From the NCBI GenBank assembly GCA_945865625.1, contig CAMBFD010000006.1, positions 1 through 57,322 on the forward strand: a stretch of DNA of 57,322 nucleotides, read 5' to 3'. The notes below the pieces were generated by a model. It did not search any database, was not told the DNA's origin, and was given only the letters and a program-made list of their open reading frames with translations. A program made the translations under genes and the position numbers. The DNA is from Chitinophaga pinensis. GTDB lineage: Bacteria > Bacteroidota > Bacteroidia > NS11-12g > UBA955. Of this stretch, positions 15,331 through 25,648 are shown one piece after another; within the stretch, counting starts at the first letter, position 1, and each line of letters begins with the position of its first letter.

Positions 15331-17174
15331 TTTTCTAAAATGAACTTCCCAAGTTTACAAATTTCTCCATGATTATCGATGCTCAAGAAATAGATACCTC
15401 TTGCCAATTGTGAAACATCAATTTGATTGTTTTCACGTACGTTCAATGTGGTTGATTTACCAGTAATATCTGTAAATCGGATTGATTCGTATTCATTTAT
15501 ACCATGAACAACTAAAGTATTATGGGCTGGGTTTGGGTAGATTGAAATATTTTGACCGATAACCTGTTTTGTGCCGTTCACGGATACATTGATGAAATTT
15601 GTTTTTGTAAGTGTTCCATTTCCGTTTCCGTTTGTTGCATCTAACTTAATTGTATAATAACCTAATTTCACAAACTTAACAGTCGGATTTCTATCCGTTT
15701 GAGTAGAAGTTCCAGTAAATTGAAAATCAGAAGGTGTAATTATCCATTTGTAAGAAGTTGCGTTGTTAGAAGTCATATCAATGAGTGTAACCACTTGATT
15801 CAAAGAAGGTGTTGCTGAAGAAGCTGTAAAATCTACAGCAGGTAAACCTGCTGAATTTGTTGATACACTAATGTAGTTGGTTTTTGTTAATACATCATTT
15901 GATGAAATATTTTTTGCATTCAATGAAACGCTATAAGAACCAACATTATTGAAAGAAACATAGACTATTTTATCAGTCAACAAAGTTCCAGCTTGTAAAG
16001 TATAAGAATTTGGAGTGATTGTCCATGTTTGAGAAGTGTTGTTAAATGAATTAGAAGTAAGTTTAATCGTTTGGTTCACAATTGGTGAAGTAACGTTTGC
16101 TACAAAGTCGGCAACTGCGTTGTCGGTTAAAGGCACTTTACGAATTACATTATTTCCATTGTCAACAACATAAACTGATTTATCGGCTTTTCGATAATAA
16201 ATATGCGAAATATTTCTAAAAAGAGCTTTAGAAACTTCATCGTCTAAATAACCACCGGTACTTTGATTTCCTGCAAATACAGTGGTTGTGCTACCATCAT
16301 AGATTTTCAAGCAAGTAGCCTCAGCAATTACAATTTTTGCTCCAACAACACAAATATCGAGAGGGAAATTTAGATCTTTAACAACAGTAGTTACCGCTTT
16401 GGTTGTTAAATTAATTCTACGAACCATTCCGTTATTTCTATCTGCTACGAGCAATGAATTGCTATTTTCTAAACAAATTCCTGTTGGTCTGTCGAATCTT
16501 GCAAAAGTATCATTGCCGTCTTTATAACCAGCGTCGAAATTTCCATTTCCGCCCAATGTAGTCACCAAGCCATTATTAATTTGACGAATACAATTGTTTG
16601 CATTGTCGCAAATATAGAAAATACCGGCATCAGAAATTTCAATATCTTCAGGGGTATTAAATTCGGCAACGCCAACCAAACCATTTACATATCCACCCAC
16701 GAAGTTATCTTTACCTGTGAGGGTACTCCATGAGGTTTCGTTAGATGAATTCACAAATTTAGAACCTTTACGGATGAGGTTGTTGTTTCTGTCGCAAACA
16801 TATACATCGTTCGATTTAGGATGTACTGCAACCCCTGTTGGAGTTGAAAACCGAGCCACCAAACCTGTACCATTAGAACTACCTAAAGACAAAGTTGAAG
16901 TTGGATCACCACGAAAACCGCCCCTATTTCGAGAGGTAGCACCATCAATAAGCATTACATTGTGCTCATCAGTCACATACATTCTATTGTTTGTATCGCA
17001 ATAAATTGATTGTGGGCGACTGTAAAGTTCGCTTAAAATTGGATTGGTAGCAGTACCATTAAATTTACCAGAGTCGGCATACTGCACTCCAGCGTAGGTT
17101 GAGGTTTTAACCTGTGCTCTCGCATTAATGCTTAAAGCACTAACCATTAAAAACATGATATGTTTCATTTTCAT
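15327..17174 (-). CDS. Secreted NHL-repeat + 2x PKD protein with T9SS type A sorting domain
   Basis: Signal peptide, repeated ARF..P.GI/VA...YV.D..NN.IR units, ADF/VDF...W.I.P...G.Y.V.L PKD repeats, and a SIYPNPA...GIYFL tail. Confidence 0.88.
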   Translation of the reverse strand: MKMKHIMFLMVSALSINARAQVKTSTYAGVQYADSGKFNGTATNPILSELYSRPQSIYCDTNNRMYVTDEHNVMLIDGATSRNRGGFRGDPTSTLSLGSSNGTGLVARFSTPTGVAVHPKSNDVYVCDRNNNLIRKGSKFVNSSNETSWSTLTGKDNFVGGYVNGLVGVAEFNTPEDIEISDAGIFYICDNANNCIRQINNGLVTTLGGNGNFDAGYKDGNDTFARFDRPTGICLENSNSLLVADRNNGMVRRINLTTKAVTTVVKDLNFPLDICVVGAKIVIAEATCLKIYDGSTTTVFAGNQSTGGYLDDEVSKALFRNISHIYYRKADKSVYVVDNGNNVIRKVPLTDNAVADFVANVTSPIVNQTIKLTSNSFNNTSQTWTITPNSYTLQAGTLLTDKIVYVSFNNVGSYSVSLNAKNISSNDVLTKTNYISVSTNSAGLPAVDFTASSATPSLNQVVTLIDMTSNNATSYKWIITPSDFQFTGTSTQTDRNPTVKFVKLGYYTIKLDATNGNGNGTLTKTNFINVSVNGTKQVIGQNISIYPNPAHNTLVVHGINEYESIRFTDITGKSTTLNVRENNQIDVSQLARGIYFLSIDNHGEICKLGKFILEN

Positions 17175-17190
17175 AACAATTACAAATATC

Positions 17191-18141
17191 TTAAAATAAA
17201 TCTAATGCATTATTCACACGGTTTTCAATAGTGTCCAAAATATTGTCATAATTACGTTTTACAATATCTGAGCCTATCATGGCGCTGAATAATTCTTGGT
17301 AACGATTCGATATATTGTTCACGAACTCATCGGGCATATCGGGAACAATTTGTCCCTCAAGACCTTGGAAATTATTTTCCATAAGCCATTCGCGCACAAA
17401 TTCTTTACTTAATTGACGCTGTGGTTTGCCTTCATTTTGCAATTTATGGTATGAATCGGCGTAGAAGAATCTTGAGCTGTCTGGGGTATGAATTTCGTCA
17501 ATTAAAGTAGCTTCGTTGTTAAACAATCCAAATTCATATTTTGTATCAACCAAAATAAGATTCTTTGAAAGTGCATATTGCGTTCCCAATTTAAACAATG
17601 CCATAGCTTTATCGCAAAGTTCATCAAGTCTCTCTTTGGAAAGAATTCCTTGTTCAATAATTTCATTATAACTGATATCTTCATCGTGACCACTCTTTGC
17701 TTTTGTAGCGGGTGTAATGATTGGTGTGATAAGTTTATCATTTTCATTTAAGCCATCGGGTAATTTGTTGCCACAAATTGTTCTACCACCCTCTTTGTAA
17801 ACACGCCAGGCATGGCCCGTAAGATAATTTCTCACAACAAATTCAATTGGAATTGCATCACAGCGTTTCCCAATTGTTACTTGTTCATCGGGAGTAGAAA
17901 TTTTCCAATTTGGAATAATTCCTTGAGTTTGTTCTAAAAACATACTTGCTACAGCGTTGAGCACTTGTCCTTTGAAAGGAATACTTCTAGGCAAAACATG
18001 GTCAAATGCAGAAATCCTATCGCATGCAACAATGACCAAAATGTCGTTGCTAATTGTATATACATCGCGAACTTTTCCTCTATAAAAAGCTGTTTGATTT
18101 TTGAAGTAATAATTTGTTGAGGTTAATGCTTGTAATTCCAT
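17191..18141 (-). CDS. purC: SAICAR synthetase
   Basis: YRGKVRDVY, DRISAFD, TPATKA, DTKYEFG and DEIHTPDSSR. Start uncertain (18141, 18159 or 18171). Confidence 0.95.
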   Translation of the reverse strand: MELQALTSTNYYFKNQTAFYRGKVRDVYTISNDILVIVACDRISAFDHVLPRSIPFKGQVLNAVASMFLEQTQGIIPNWKISTPDEQVTIGKRCDAIPIEFVVRNYLTGHAWRVYKEGGRTICGNKLPDGLNENDKLITPIITPATKAKSGHDEDISYNEIIEQGILSKERLDELCDKAMALFKLGTQYALSKNLILVDTKYEFGLFNNEATLIDEIHTPDSSRFFYADSYHKLQNEGKPQRQLSKEFVREWLMENNFQGLEGQIVPDMPDEFVNNISNRYQELFSAMIGSDIVKRNYDNILDTIENRVNNALDLF

Positions 18142-18145
18142 AATT

Positions 18146-19105
18146 TTATATTTGTTCATCGGCTTTATCATAAGCCTTAATAATTTCTTTTACCAATTTA
18201 TGTCGAACCACATCTTGTGTGTCTAATTCAACAATAGAAATTCCGTCAATATTACGTAAAATTTTCAAAGCACGGAACAAACCACTCATTTGTTTTTTAG
18301 GCAAATCTACCTGTGTTAAATCACCGGTAATGATTAATTTGGCGTTGGGACCCATTCTTGTCAAGAACATTTTCAATTGTAAGTCGGTACTATTTTGAGC
18401 TTCATCTAAAATCACGTAGCAATTATCGAGGGTTCTCCCTCTCATGAATGCCAAAGGTGCAATTTCAACAGTTCTGCTTTCAATCATACTTTTTAATTTA
18501 TCGGAGGGAATCATGTCTTCCAAAGCATCGTAAAGTGGACGCAAGTAAGGATCAATTTTCTCCTTTAGATCGCCAGGCAAGAATCCTAAGTTCTCACCTG
18601 CTTCTACGGCAGGGCGGGTTAAAATAATTCTTCGAATTTCTCTTTCCTTCAAAGCAACAACAGCCAAAGCAACGGCAGTATATGTTTTACCAGTACCCGC
18701 AGGTCCAATTGCAAAAAGAATGTCATTTTGTTTCGCAGATTCCACCATTTTTCGTTGGTTGATTGTGCGAGCCTTGATTTTTTGCCCCCTTGTGCCAATG
18801 AGCATTACATCTTCAATTGCAGTGGTTACATTTTCTGAATCAGTATCAGTATATCCAATTTGTAAAGCTTCGTGAATGATATGCTCATTTAACTCCCCTT
18901 TTTTAATGTATAATTTTTCTAACACTTGCATACCAGTGGCAAAATCATTCATACTTAATTCATCGCCAAACACCTTTATTTCCTCGCCTCGAGCCACAAA
19001 TTGCAATTTGGGAAATTTCGATTTAATTAAGTTTAGGTGTGCGTTATTTGGCCCATAGAATAACTGTGGGTTGATAATTTCTAATGTGTAAATGCGCTCT
19101 GTCAA
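18146..19105 (-). CDS. phoH: PhoH family ATPase
   Basis: GPAGTGKT, RPAVEAGE.LGFLPGD, MRGRT and DEAQN. Confidence 0.95.
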   Translation of the reverse strand: MTERIYTLEIINPQLFYGPNNAHLNLIKSKFPKLQFVARGEEIKVFGDELSMNDFATGMQVLEKLYIKKGELNEHIIHEALQIGYTDTDSENVTTAIEDVMLIGTRGQKIKARTINQRKMVESAKQNDILFAIGPAGTGKTYTAVALAVVALKEREIRRIILTRPAVEAGENLGFLPGDLKEKIDPYLRPLYDALEDMIPSDKLKSMIESRTVEIAPLAFMRGRTLDNCYVILDEAQNSTDLQLKMFLTRMGPNAKLIITGDLTQVDLPKKQMSGLFRALKILRNIDGISIVELDTQDVVRHKLVKEIIKAYDKADEQI

Positions 19106-19108
19106 TCG

Positions 19109-19133
19109 TATATTTGATATTTTTACAAATATA
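19109..19133. promoter_or_regulatory. Face-to-face pair of TATATTTG -7 promoters
   Basis: Inverted repeat TATATTTG-atattttta-CAAATATA in the 27-bp divergent gap. Confidence 0.6.
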
Positions 19134-19927
19134 TGGAATCCCTTTCAGCGAATAATCAACTTATTTTCCATTATTGGATAGATTTTGGAACTGAATCTAT
19201 TGACTATTCCATAGGTCAAGCTCAAATTTATTCCGCTTTCCCTCATGTAAAAACGATTGTTAGTCCTTCAAAATTAAAAAAAGGACATATACTTCCGCAA
19301 TCGGTACATTTGAAATTATTCAAAGACGAATTCCCTCGTAATACCATACATATATGCCATTTATCGTTTATGAGCAATCAACCAAAAAGGTTCATCATAA
19401 CAAAATATAAAGATCAATATTTTTTAGGCCCCGACAATGGTGTTTTTTACATGGCTTTTGAAAAAGACAATGTTCAATATTTTATTTTGCCTGTGGACAA
19501 ATTTAAATATAACGCATTAAAAGAGGTGTATTTGCCGGGGATAGAAATGCTCATTGATTCACAATTTGACATAGAAAAAGTGTTTAAGCCCAAAGAAACA
19601 CTTATGAAAATGAATACCATACAGCCAACCATTTCAAATCACATAATGCGGCTTACAGCTTTGTATGTAGATTCTTATGGAAATGTATATTTCAATTTAG
19701 ACCGTGAGAATTTTGAAGGTTTCACACAAGGCAAACCATTCGCATTCAAATCACATTCATTTAGAATTGATATAATTTCAAATGATTACGACGATGTACC
19801 AGAGGGCGAAATCTTAGCCCTTTTTAGTTATGGAAATTTGCTACAAATTGCTGGAAATGCCAGTAATGCATCCGAAAAATTAGCGCTAAAAGAAGATTCA
19901 ATGATCTTATTAGAAGCATCTAGATGA
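19133..19927 (+). CDS. SAM hydrolase / SAM-dependent halogenase (DUF62) family protein, divergent
   Basis: DFG, FP..TIH, FLGPDNG, YVDSYGN and YDDVPEGE...ALF...L.IA. Confidence 0.8.
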   Translation: MESLSANNQLIFHYWIDFGTESIDYSIGQAQIYSAFPHVKTIVSPSKLKKGHILPQSVHLKLFKDEFPRNTIHICHLSFMSNQPKRFIITKYKDQYFLGPDNGVFYMAFEKDNVQYFILPVDKFKYNALKEVYLPGIEMLIDSQFDIEKVFKPKETLMKMNTIQPTISNHIMRLTALYVDSYGNVYFNLDRENFEGFTQGKPFAFKSHSFRIDIISNDYDDVPEGEILALFSYGNLLQIAGNASNASEKLALKEDSMILLEASR

Positions 19928-20223
19928 AAATACATAGATACGTAAAAATGACATTTAACCCAGAAGAAGTTGGGTCATTCTTAGAAGTTTTCAATGCTTC
20001 CAAAGATAAAATTAGAGATTTTAATGGCTGTTTATCGCTGCAACTAATATCAAATATCGAAGAGCCCAATATTCTCTGCACATCGAGTATTTGGAGGGAT
20101 GAAGAAAGCTTGGAAAACTACAGAAACAGTGAATTGTTTGCAGAAACCTGGAAAAAAACAAAAATTTTATTTGCGGATAAAGCCAAAGCTCAATCTTACA
20201 AATTAGTTGATTGGTTGCCTTGA
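19924..20223 (+). CDS. Antibiotic biosynthesis monooxygenase (ABM) domain protein
   Basis: VKMTF, IR.F.GC, S.W...LENYR.SELF..W; typical position after DUF62. Confidence 0.85.
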   Translation: MKIHRYVKMTFNPEEVGSFLEVFNASKDKIRDFNGCLSLQLISNIEEPNILCTSSIWRDEESLENYRNSELFAETWKKTKILFADKAKAQSYKLVDWLP

Positions 20224-21606
20224 TTCAATCCATTTTCCGGGATTAAGTAAATTTTGCGGATCAAAAACAGTTTTAATACCTTGCATTAGACGCCAGTGAT
20301 CTGGGGTAAACACAACATCTAAATATGGTTTTTGGACGAAACCTACGCCATGTTCGCCGCTGATGGTGCCGCCAAGTTTTTTACAAAGTTCAAAGATTTC
20401 TGTAATTCCCTTTGGAATTTCAATCTCCCATTTTTCATCTGAAAGTTGATCTTTTAAGATATTTACGTGCAAGTTGCCGTCTCCAGCATGACCGTAACAA
20501 ACTGTTCGAAAACCATATTTTGCTCCAATTTCTTTTACCCCCGTTAAAAGTTGCGGCAAATGTGCTCTAGGAACAACGGTATCTTCTTCTTTATAAATAC
20601 TTTGTTGTTTTACCGTTTCACCAATTGAACGTCTTACTTTCCACCAATCCTCAGCCATTTGAGCATTGTTAGGCATGAGCACCTCAAAAGCTCCATTTTC
20701 ATCTAAAATTGGAAAAATTTGTTCTGCTTGAAGCATGAGTTCGTCGAGTACATTGCCATCGAGAATGATTAAAAGATAAAATTCGACGTTACTTGGTATT
20801 GGAAAATTAGTTTTGGTTGCATCTGCGGCAATTTTAACGCCACTGACTTCCATAAGTTCAAGCCCAGTTGGAAGCATCCCGCTTAATAAAACCTTGTTTA
20901 CGGCAACGGCAGCATCTTCAGCTTTCTCAAACATTGCCAACATGAGCAATTCATGTTGGGTTTTAGGCACCAGTTTGACCACTATTTTAGTAATGATACC
21001 CAATAGTCCCTCACTGCCAATAAAAAGATGTGTTAAAGAGAATCCCGTTGAATTTTTCAATGTATTGGCACCGGTCCAAATAATTTCGCCATTGGGCAAA
21101 ACCACTTCTAGGTTGAGAATATAGTCTCGGGTAGTGCCGTATTTAACAGCTTTAGGACCACCTGCACCATGGGCAACATTTCCACCAATAGTAGATGAAC
21201 CAAAACTTGCTGGATCAGGAGGATAAGTTAGTTCATAAGGTTCCAAGGCTTGTTTCAAGTGAATATTGATTAAACCAGGCTCAACGGTTGCCATCATATT
21301 TTGAATATCAATTTCAAGAATGCGATTCATTTTTTTTGTACTCAACACAAGTCCGCCTTTCACTGGTAAACAAGCGCCTGAAAGTCCAGTGCCTGCTCCT
21401 CTTGTATAAATTGGAACATTGAATTGAGAGCACAACTTTACACACTCGGAAACTTGTATGGAATTTTCTGGAAAGATTAAAATTTCAGGCAAAAAAGAGA
21501 GGTCTTCAGTATAGTCGTGTGAAACATCTTGCAAATCTTCTTTATTTTGGGTTACATTTGTTTGACCGAGAATAGCGATGAGTGATTCAAAAAATTCTTT
21601 TTCCAT
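20203..21606 (-). CDS. FAD-linked oxidase, GlcD/D-lactate dehydrogenase family
   Basis: RGAGTGLSG, YPPDPAS, STIGGN, GSEG.LG, GHAGDGNLH and GTISGEHGVG. Confidence 0.92.
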   Translation of the reverse strand: MEKEFFESLIAILGQTNVTQNKEDLQDVSHDYTEDLSFLPEILIFPENSIQVSECVKLCSQFNVPIYTRGAGTGLSGACLPVKGGLVLSTKKMNRILEIDIQNMMATVEPGLINIHLKQALEPYELTYPPDPASFGSSTIGGNVAHGAGGPKAVKYGTTRDYILNLEVVLPNGEIIWTGANTLKNSTGFSLTHLFIGSEGLLGIITKIVVKLVPKTQHELLMLAMFEKAEDAAVAVNKVLLSGMLPTGLELMEVSGVKIAADATKTNFPIPSNVEFYLLIILDGNVLDELMLQAEQIFPILDENGAFEVLMPNNAQMAEDWWKVRRSIGETVKQQSIYKEEDTVVPRAHLPQLLTGVKEIGAKYGFRTVCYGHAGDGNLHVNILKDQLSDEKWEIEIPKGITEIFELCKKLGGTISGEHGVGFVQKPYLDVVFTPDHWRLMQGIKTVFDPQNLLNPGKWIESRQPIN

Positions 21607-21656
21607 TTTAATGTTCGAATTACAAAAGTAATATTCTTGCGAAAGATAGTTTCAAT

Positions 21657-22817
21657 ATGCTCAAAAATAGATTAAAACTAATTATTGTCATTTTTTTTAC
21701 AATTTCATACATGCTTTGTGCCATATTATGGTGGACCATTGCCCTCACAAAACTGCAAACTAATGAATTTTCAAAAGATGTTGAAATTACAAAACTAAAA
21801 AAATCTTTAGTCGTTAATGATATAATACTTAGCGCTAAAAGAATTGAATTGATTTCAAAAGTTAAAGTGTTATTATTTATTGAAAATCAATTACTTAACA
21901 TAGATACTACTTTATTAAATAAAGAACTTTTAGGTGAAAGAAATAATTTTGTATTTTTTTACGGATACAGTAGGCAACATAAATGTTTAGAACTTCGTCT
22001 AAAAGAAAAAGATGACATTCATCTGAAACTTCTAACAAAATTAGAGAGCAAAAATAAAGCTTGGATTTTGGAAGGTTTAACGATGGGAATCATCACAATT
22101 ATCATTGGAATTGCAATGTTTGTTTATCTAGATAGGGTTGTGCGTTTGAATCAACAGCAAAATAACTTTTTGTTGGCTGTTACGCATGAACTAAAAACAC
22201 CCATTGCTGCATCCAATTTAGCGCTGCAAACAGCAGTCAAAAGGCCAGATCCGCTCATTGTTTCAAAAATGATTTCAATGGCTCAATCGAATATATCTAG
22301 ATTATCTCAAATGGTTGAACAAATACTTATGGCCACTCGTTTTGAGAACAAATTTACAGACCCTCAAAAAATATCCATTAACCTAAATGAATTTACAAAT
22401 AAAACCCTCAAATCTATAGAATTATCCGATGTAGATTTTGAAAGAATTGAAATCAACATCGATCCATCTATTCACATGAATGCCGATGAGCAAATGATCA
22501 GCACAGTGATTGTAAATTTAGTCAATAATGCCATTAAATATTCCGATGGCGAAGGTAAAATAACGGTTTGTGCGTTCCAAAATGACAATAATTTGACAAT
22601 CGAATTTTCTGATAACGGTATAGGAATTCCAGACAACGAAAAGAAAAATGTTTTTCAAAAATTCTATAGAGTTGGTGAAGAAAAAACAAGAACAAAACCA
22701 GGATCTGGATTAGGGCTTTTCTTGGTTAAGCGAATAACTGAAATTCACGGCGGAAAAGTAGCAATAGAAAATAACACGCCTAAAGGCACAAAATTCACAC
22801 TCACTTTTCAAGCATAA
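21657..22817 (+). CDS. Sensor histidine kinase
   Basis: Two TM segments, THELKTP, NLVNNAIKY, DNGIGI and GSGLGL. Confidence 0.93.
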   Translation: MLKNRLKLIIVIFFTISYMLCAILWWTIALTKLQTNEFSKDVEITKLKKSLVVNDIILSAKRIELISKVKVLLFIENQLLNIDTTLLNKELLGERNNFVFFYGYSRQHKCLELRLKEKDDIHLKLLTKLESKNKAWILEGLTMGIITIIIGIAMFVYLDRVVRLNQQQNNFLLAVTHELKTPIAASNLALQTAVKRPDPLIVSKMISMAQSNISRLSQMVEQILMATRFENKFTDPQKISINLNEFTNKTLKSIELSDVDFERIEINIDPSIHMNADEQMISTVIVNLVNNAIKYSDGEGKITVCAFQNDNNLTIEFSDNGIGIPDNEKKNVFQKFYRVGEEKTRTKPGSGLGLFLVKRITEIHGGKVAIENNTPKGTKFTLTFQA

Positions 22818-22830
22818 GATAGCACATTTG

Positions 22831-23532
22831 ATGAAGACATACAGGATATTGCTCGTAGAAGACGAAATTGATTTGGCGGAACTAATTCGCATTAATTTAG
22901 AAATTGAAGGTTATAAAGTATCAATAGCAGCTCATGGTGCAATCGCAATTCAAAAACTTAAATCAGAGAGTTTTGATTTGGTAATTATGGACATTATGAT
23001 GCCAAGCATGGATGGCATCACTGCAACACAACACATTCGTTTATCGAATAACGATATTCCAATCATGATTTTATCGGCAAGCAATAGTAGCAGAGATAGA
23101 ATTAATGGATTGCGCTCTGGAGCTGATGATTATATGAGCAAACCTTTTGAATTAGAAGAGCTATTACTTCGTGTCCAAAAATTAATTCGTAGAACCCAAC
23201 AGCACCTGCCTCGCCTTACATTGACCGAGTATACTTTTGGGGAGAATTATATTGACTTTAACTCGTTTAAAGCAATAGGTAAAAATGGAGAATTTAAACT
23301 CACCAAAAAAGAAACACAATTGTTAAAATTGTTAATTGAAAAGAAAAATCAAGTCGTTACCCGAGAAGAAATACTTAAAACAGTTTGGGGCTATACCGTT
23401 TTTCCAAGTACAAGAACCATTGACAACTTTATTTTAGCATTTCGTAAATATTTCGAAGACGACGCAAAAAATCCCTTTTACTTTTTGTCGTTAAGAGGTG
23501 TAGGTTACAAATACACCGAAACTGGGAGTTAA
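22831..23532 (+). CDS. OmpR family response regulator
   Basis: VEDE, DIMMP, GADDY.KPF and the winged-helix segment TRTIDNFI...RGVGY. Confidence 0.94.
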   Translation: MKTYRILLVEDEIDLAELIRINLEIEGYKVSIAAHGAIAIQKLKSESFDLVIMDIMMPSMDGITATQHIRLSNNDIPIMILSASNSSRDRINGLRSGADDYMSKPFELEELLLRVQKLIRRTQQHLPRLTLTEYTFGENYIDFNSFKAIGKNGEFKLTKKETQLLKLLIEKKNQVVTREEILKTVWGYTVFPSTRTIDNFILAFRKYFEDDAKNPFYFLSLRGVGYKYTETGS

Positions 23533-23544
23533 AACAACTTCAAT

Positions 23545-24771
23545 TTATAATTTACTTGCAATTGAATTTGCCGCAAACCATGCAGTTGTCCAGGCTGATT
23601 GAAAATTGAATCCTCCAGTTACACCGTCAATATTTAACATCTCACCGGCTACATAAATTGTCGGATATTTTTTCAAGTTCATCTCATTTTCATCAATATC
23701 TTTGAGCGAAATTCCCCCAGCCGTTACAAATTCTTCTTTAAAGGTTGTTTTGCCGATAACTGTAAATGGCATTCTGATTAAATTCTCAAGCAACTTATTA
23801 ATTTCAGCTTTCTTTAAATCGATACATTTCTTTGTTTCATCTATTTTTGATTCAGCCAAAATGAAAAGCCACAAACGTTGAGGCAAATCAAATAAATACA
23901 AATTATTCATTTGCTTTTTAGGTGACTCCAAAAGTATCTCTGTCAATTCTTGATATCCTTCCTCTTCAGTTGAATAATCAATCCAAGAAATTAAAGTATC
24001 AAAATGATATCCTTTTTCATTGAGTTCAGAGGCAAACCACGAACTTGTTTTAAGCACTGCAGGTCCACTCAACCCCCAATGCGTAACTAGGATTGGGCCA
24101 CTGTAACTCTTTTTAAGTCCTACAATTTTCACTTTCCCATTTTTCACGGAAATACCAGAGAGCGCATTTAATTCTGAATTACGAATGTTAAAGGTGAACA
24201 AAGATGGAACTGATTTTTCAAACTGTATGTCGAAATTCTTCAGGTAATTTGCTGAATCGTGTTTGTTGAGTCCACCAGAAGCCAAAACCACAAATTTAGA
24301 CTCAATTGATTCGTTGTCAGATAAGTGCAAAGTATGTTTTTCATTGTTTTCCAATGAAATTTCGACAACACCGGTTTTTGTCCAAACTTCAATCCCAACT
24401 TTCTGGGCAAGCGATTCAAACAAATGAACAATTGTTTCAGAAGTATTTGAAGCAGGAAACATTCTTCCGTCATCTTCAGTTTTTAGTTCTACGTTATGTT
24501 CTTTGAACCATTGAATTGTTTCAGCAACACCAAATTTCCTAAAAAGGCTTTTCAAAAATTTGCCACCACGTGGGTAATTTTCAGAAAGTTTAGTAGGATC
24601 AATTTCGTTGTGGGTTACATTGCAACGACCACCACCGCTGACTTCAACTTTAGAAAGTGTTTTAGTTGTTTTTTCAAGGATGACAATTTTTGCATCCGGT
24701 GCAATTAATTTTATATTGATAGCCGCAAAATAACCTGCTGCTCCTGCTCCTACTATGGCTACATCAAACAT
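23545..24771 (-). CDS. HI0933/BaiN family flavoprotein
   Basis: GAGAAG, SGGGRCNVT, DGRMFP, TH.GLSGP, VTAGG and GGFNFQ. Confidence 0.93.
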   Translation of the reverse strand: MFDVAIVGAGAAGYFAAINIKLIAPDAKIVILEKTTKTLSKVEVSGGGRCNVTHNEIDPTKLSENYPRGGKFLKSLFRKFGVAETIQWFKEHNVELKTEDDGRMFPASNTSETIVHLFESLAQKVGIEVWTKTGVVEISLENNEKHTLHLSDNESIESKFVVLASGGLNKHDSANYLKNFDIQFEKSVPSLFTFNIRNSELNALSGISVKNGKVKIVGLKKSYSGPILVTHWGLSGPAVLKTSSWFASELNEKGYHFDTLISWIDYSTEEEGYQELTEILLESPKKQMNNLYLFDLPQRLWLFILAESKIDETKKCIDLKKAEINKLLENLIRMPFTVIGKTTFKEEFVTAGGISLKDIDENEMNLKKYPTIYVAGEMLNIDGVTGGFNFQSAWTTAWFAANSIASKL

Positions 24772-25647
24772 TTATTTAATTTTATGATAGTTTTTATATT
24801 CTCCAACTCTCCAACCAAATTTCTTCTCAATCCAATATAACAATCTGGCCTTTAGTCCGAAATTCTTTGATATGGGATTGAAATTGAATTTCCAATTTAC
24901 AGACTCAATTCTATCTTTCATCACATCGGGGTGCGTTCTATCAAATGGAACAAGTGAGTCGATGCTAGAATAGTCAAATTCATCGGAAATATTGACATTT
25001 TTCTGAATGAAAGCATCGTCGTGCCACAATCTATGAAATTGCATTTGTTTCACCTGCTGATGCTTGGGATGTTTTACCCAGCCATAATGAAAGATCCTAG
25101 ACTGGCAGTGAGCAACATTAATTTTAGTATCATTTTGATGTCTAAAACCTTGCGCATCTTTCCAACTTTTTATTCCCTTATTGTTGCGGATAATTCTAAT
25201 TTCTTGTTTATACCAACGTCGAGAATCTCCTAAAAAATCATATGATCCATAAAAATGCAAATAATCGAAAAGCAATCCATCAATATTGGGATCATTCAAA
25301 CAAATTTCCATGGTGTTTTTAATTTTAACAATATCATCTTCATGAACGCATTCATCGGCTTGTATGTAAAATAGCCAATCGCTATCGGGAGATACTGCTG
25401 CCAATGCTTTATTGGTTTCATCGGCAAGAACCGCTCCCCCTTCCCTCAAATTATCGTCCCAAACAGTATCAATAATTTTTAAATGAGGGATATTTAATCC
25501 TTCAATATAATCACGGGTATTGTCTTGACTTTTACCTACGGCAACAATAATTTCGTCGCATAGTGGAGCAATAGACAACAAAGCTTCTTTAATTGGATAG
25601 TCGGCTTGAATCACATTTCTTGCGATTGCAAAACCGGAAATTTTCAT
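24772..25647 (-). CDS. Glycosyltransferase family 2-like protein
   Basis: MKISGF.IARN, YIQADE, HFYG and HYGWVK. ATG 25647 lies directly after the dnaE stop. Confidence 0.82.
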   Translation of the reverse strand: MKISGFAIARNVIQADYPIKEALLSIAPLCDEIIVAVGKSQDNTRDYIEGLNIPHLKIIDTVWDDNLREGGAVLADETNKALAAVSPDSDWLFYIQADECVHEDDIVKIKNTMEICLNDPNIDGLLFDYLHFYGSYDFLGDSRRWYKQEIRIIRNNKGIKSWKDAQGFRHQNDTKINVAHCQSRIFHYGWVKHPKHQQVKQMQFHRLWHDDAFIQKNVNISDEFDYSSIDSLVPFDRTHPDVMKDRIESVNWKFNFNPISKNFGLKARLLYWIEKKFGWRVGEYKNYHKIK

Positions 25648-25648
25648 T

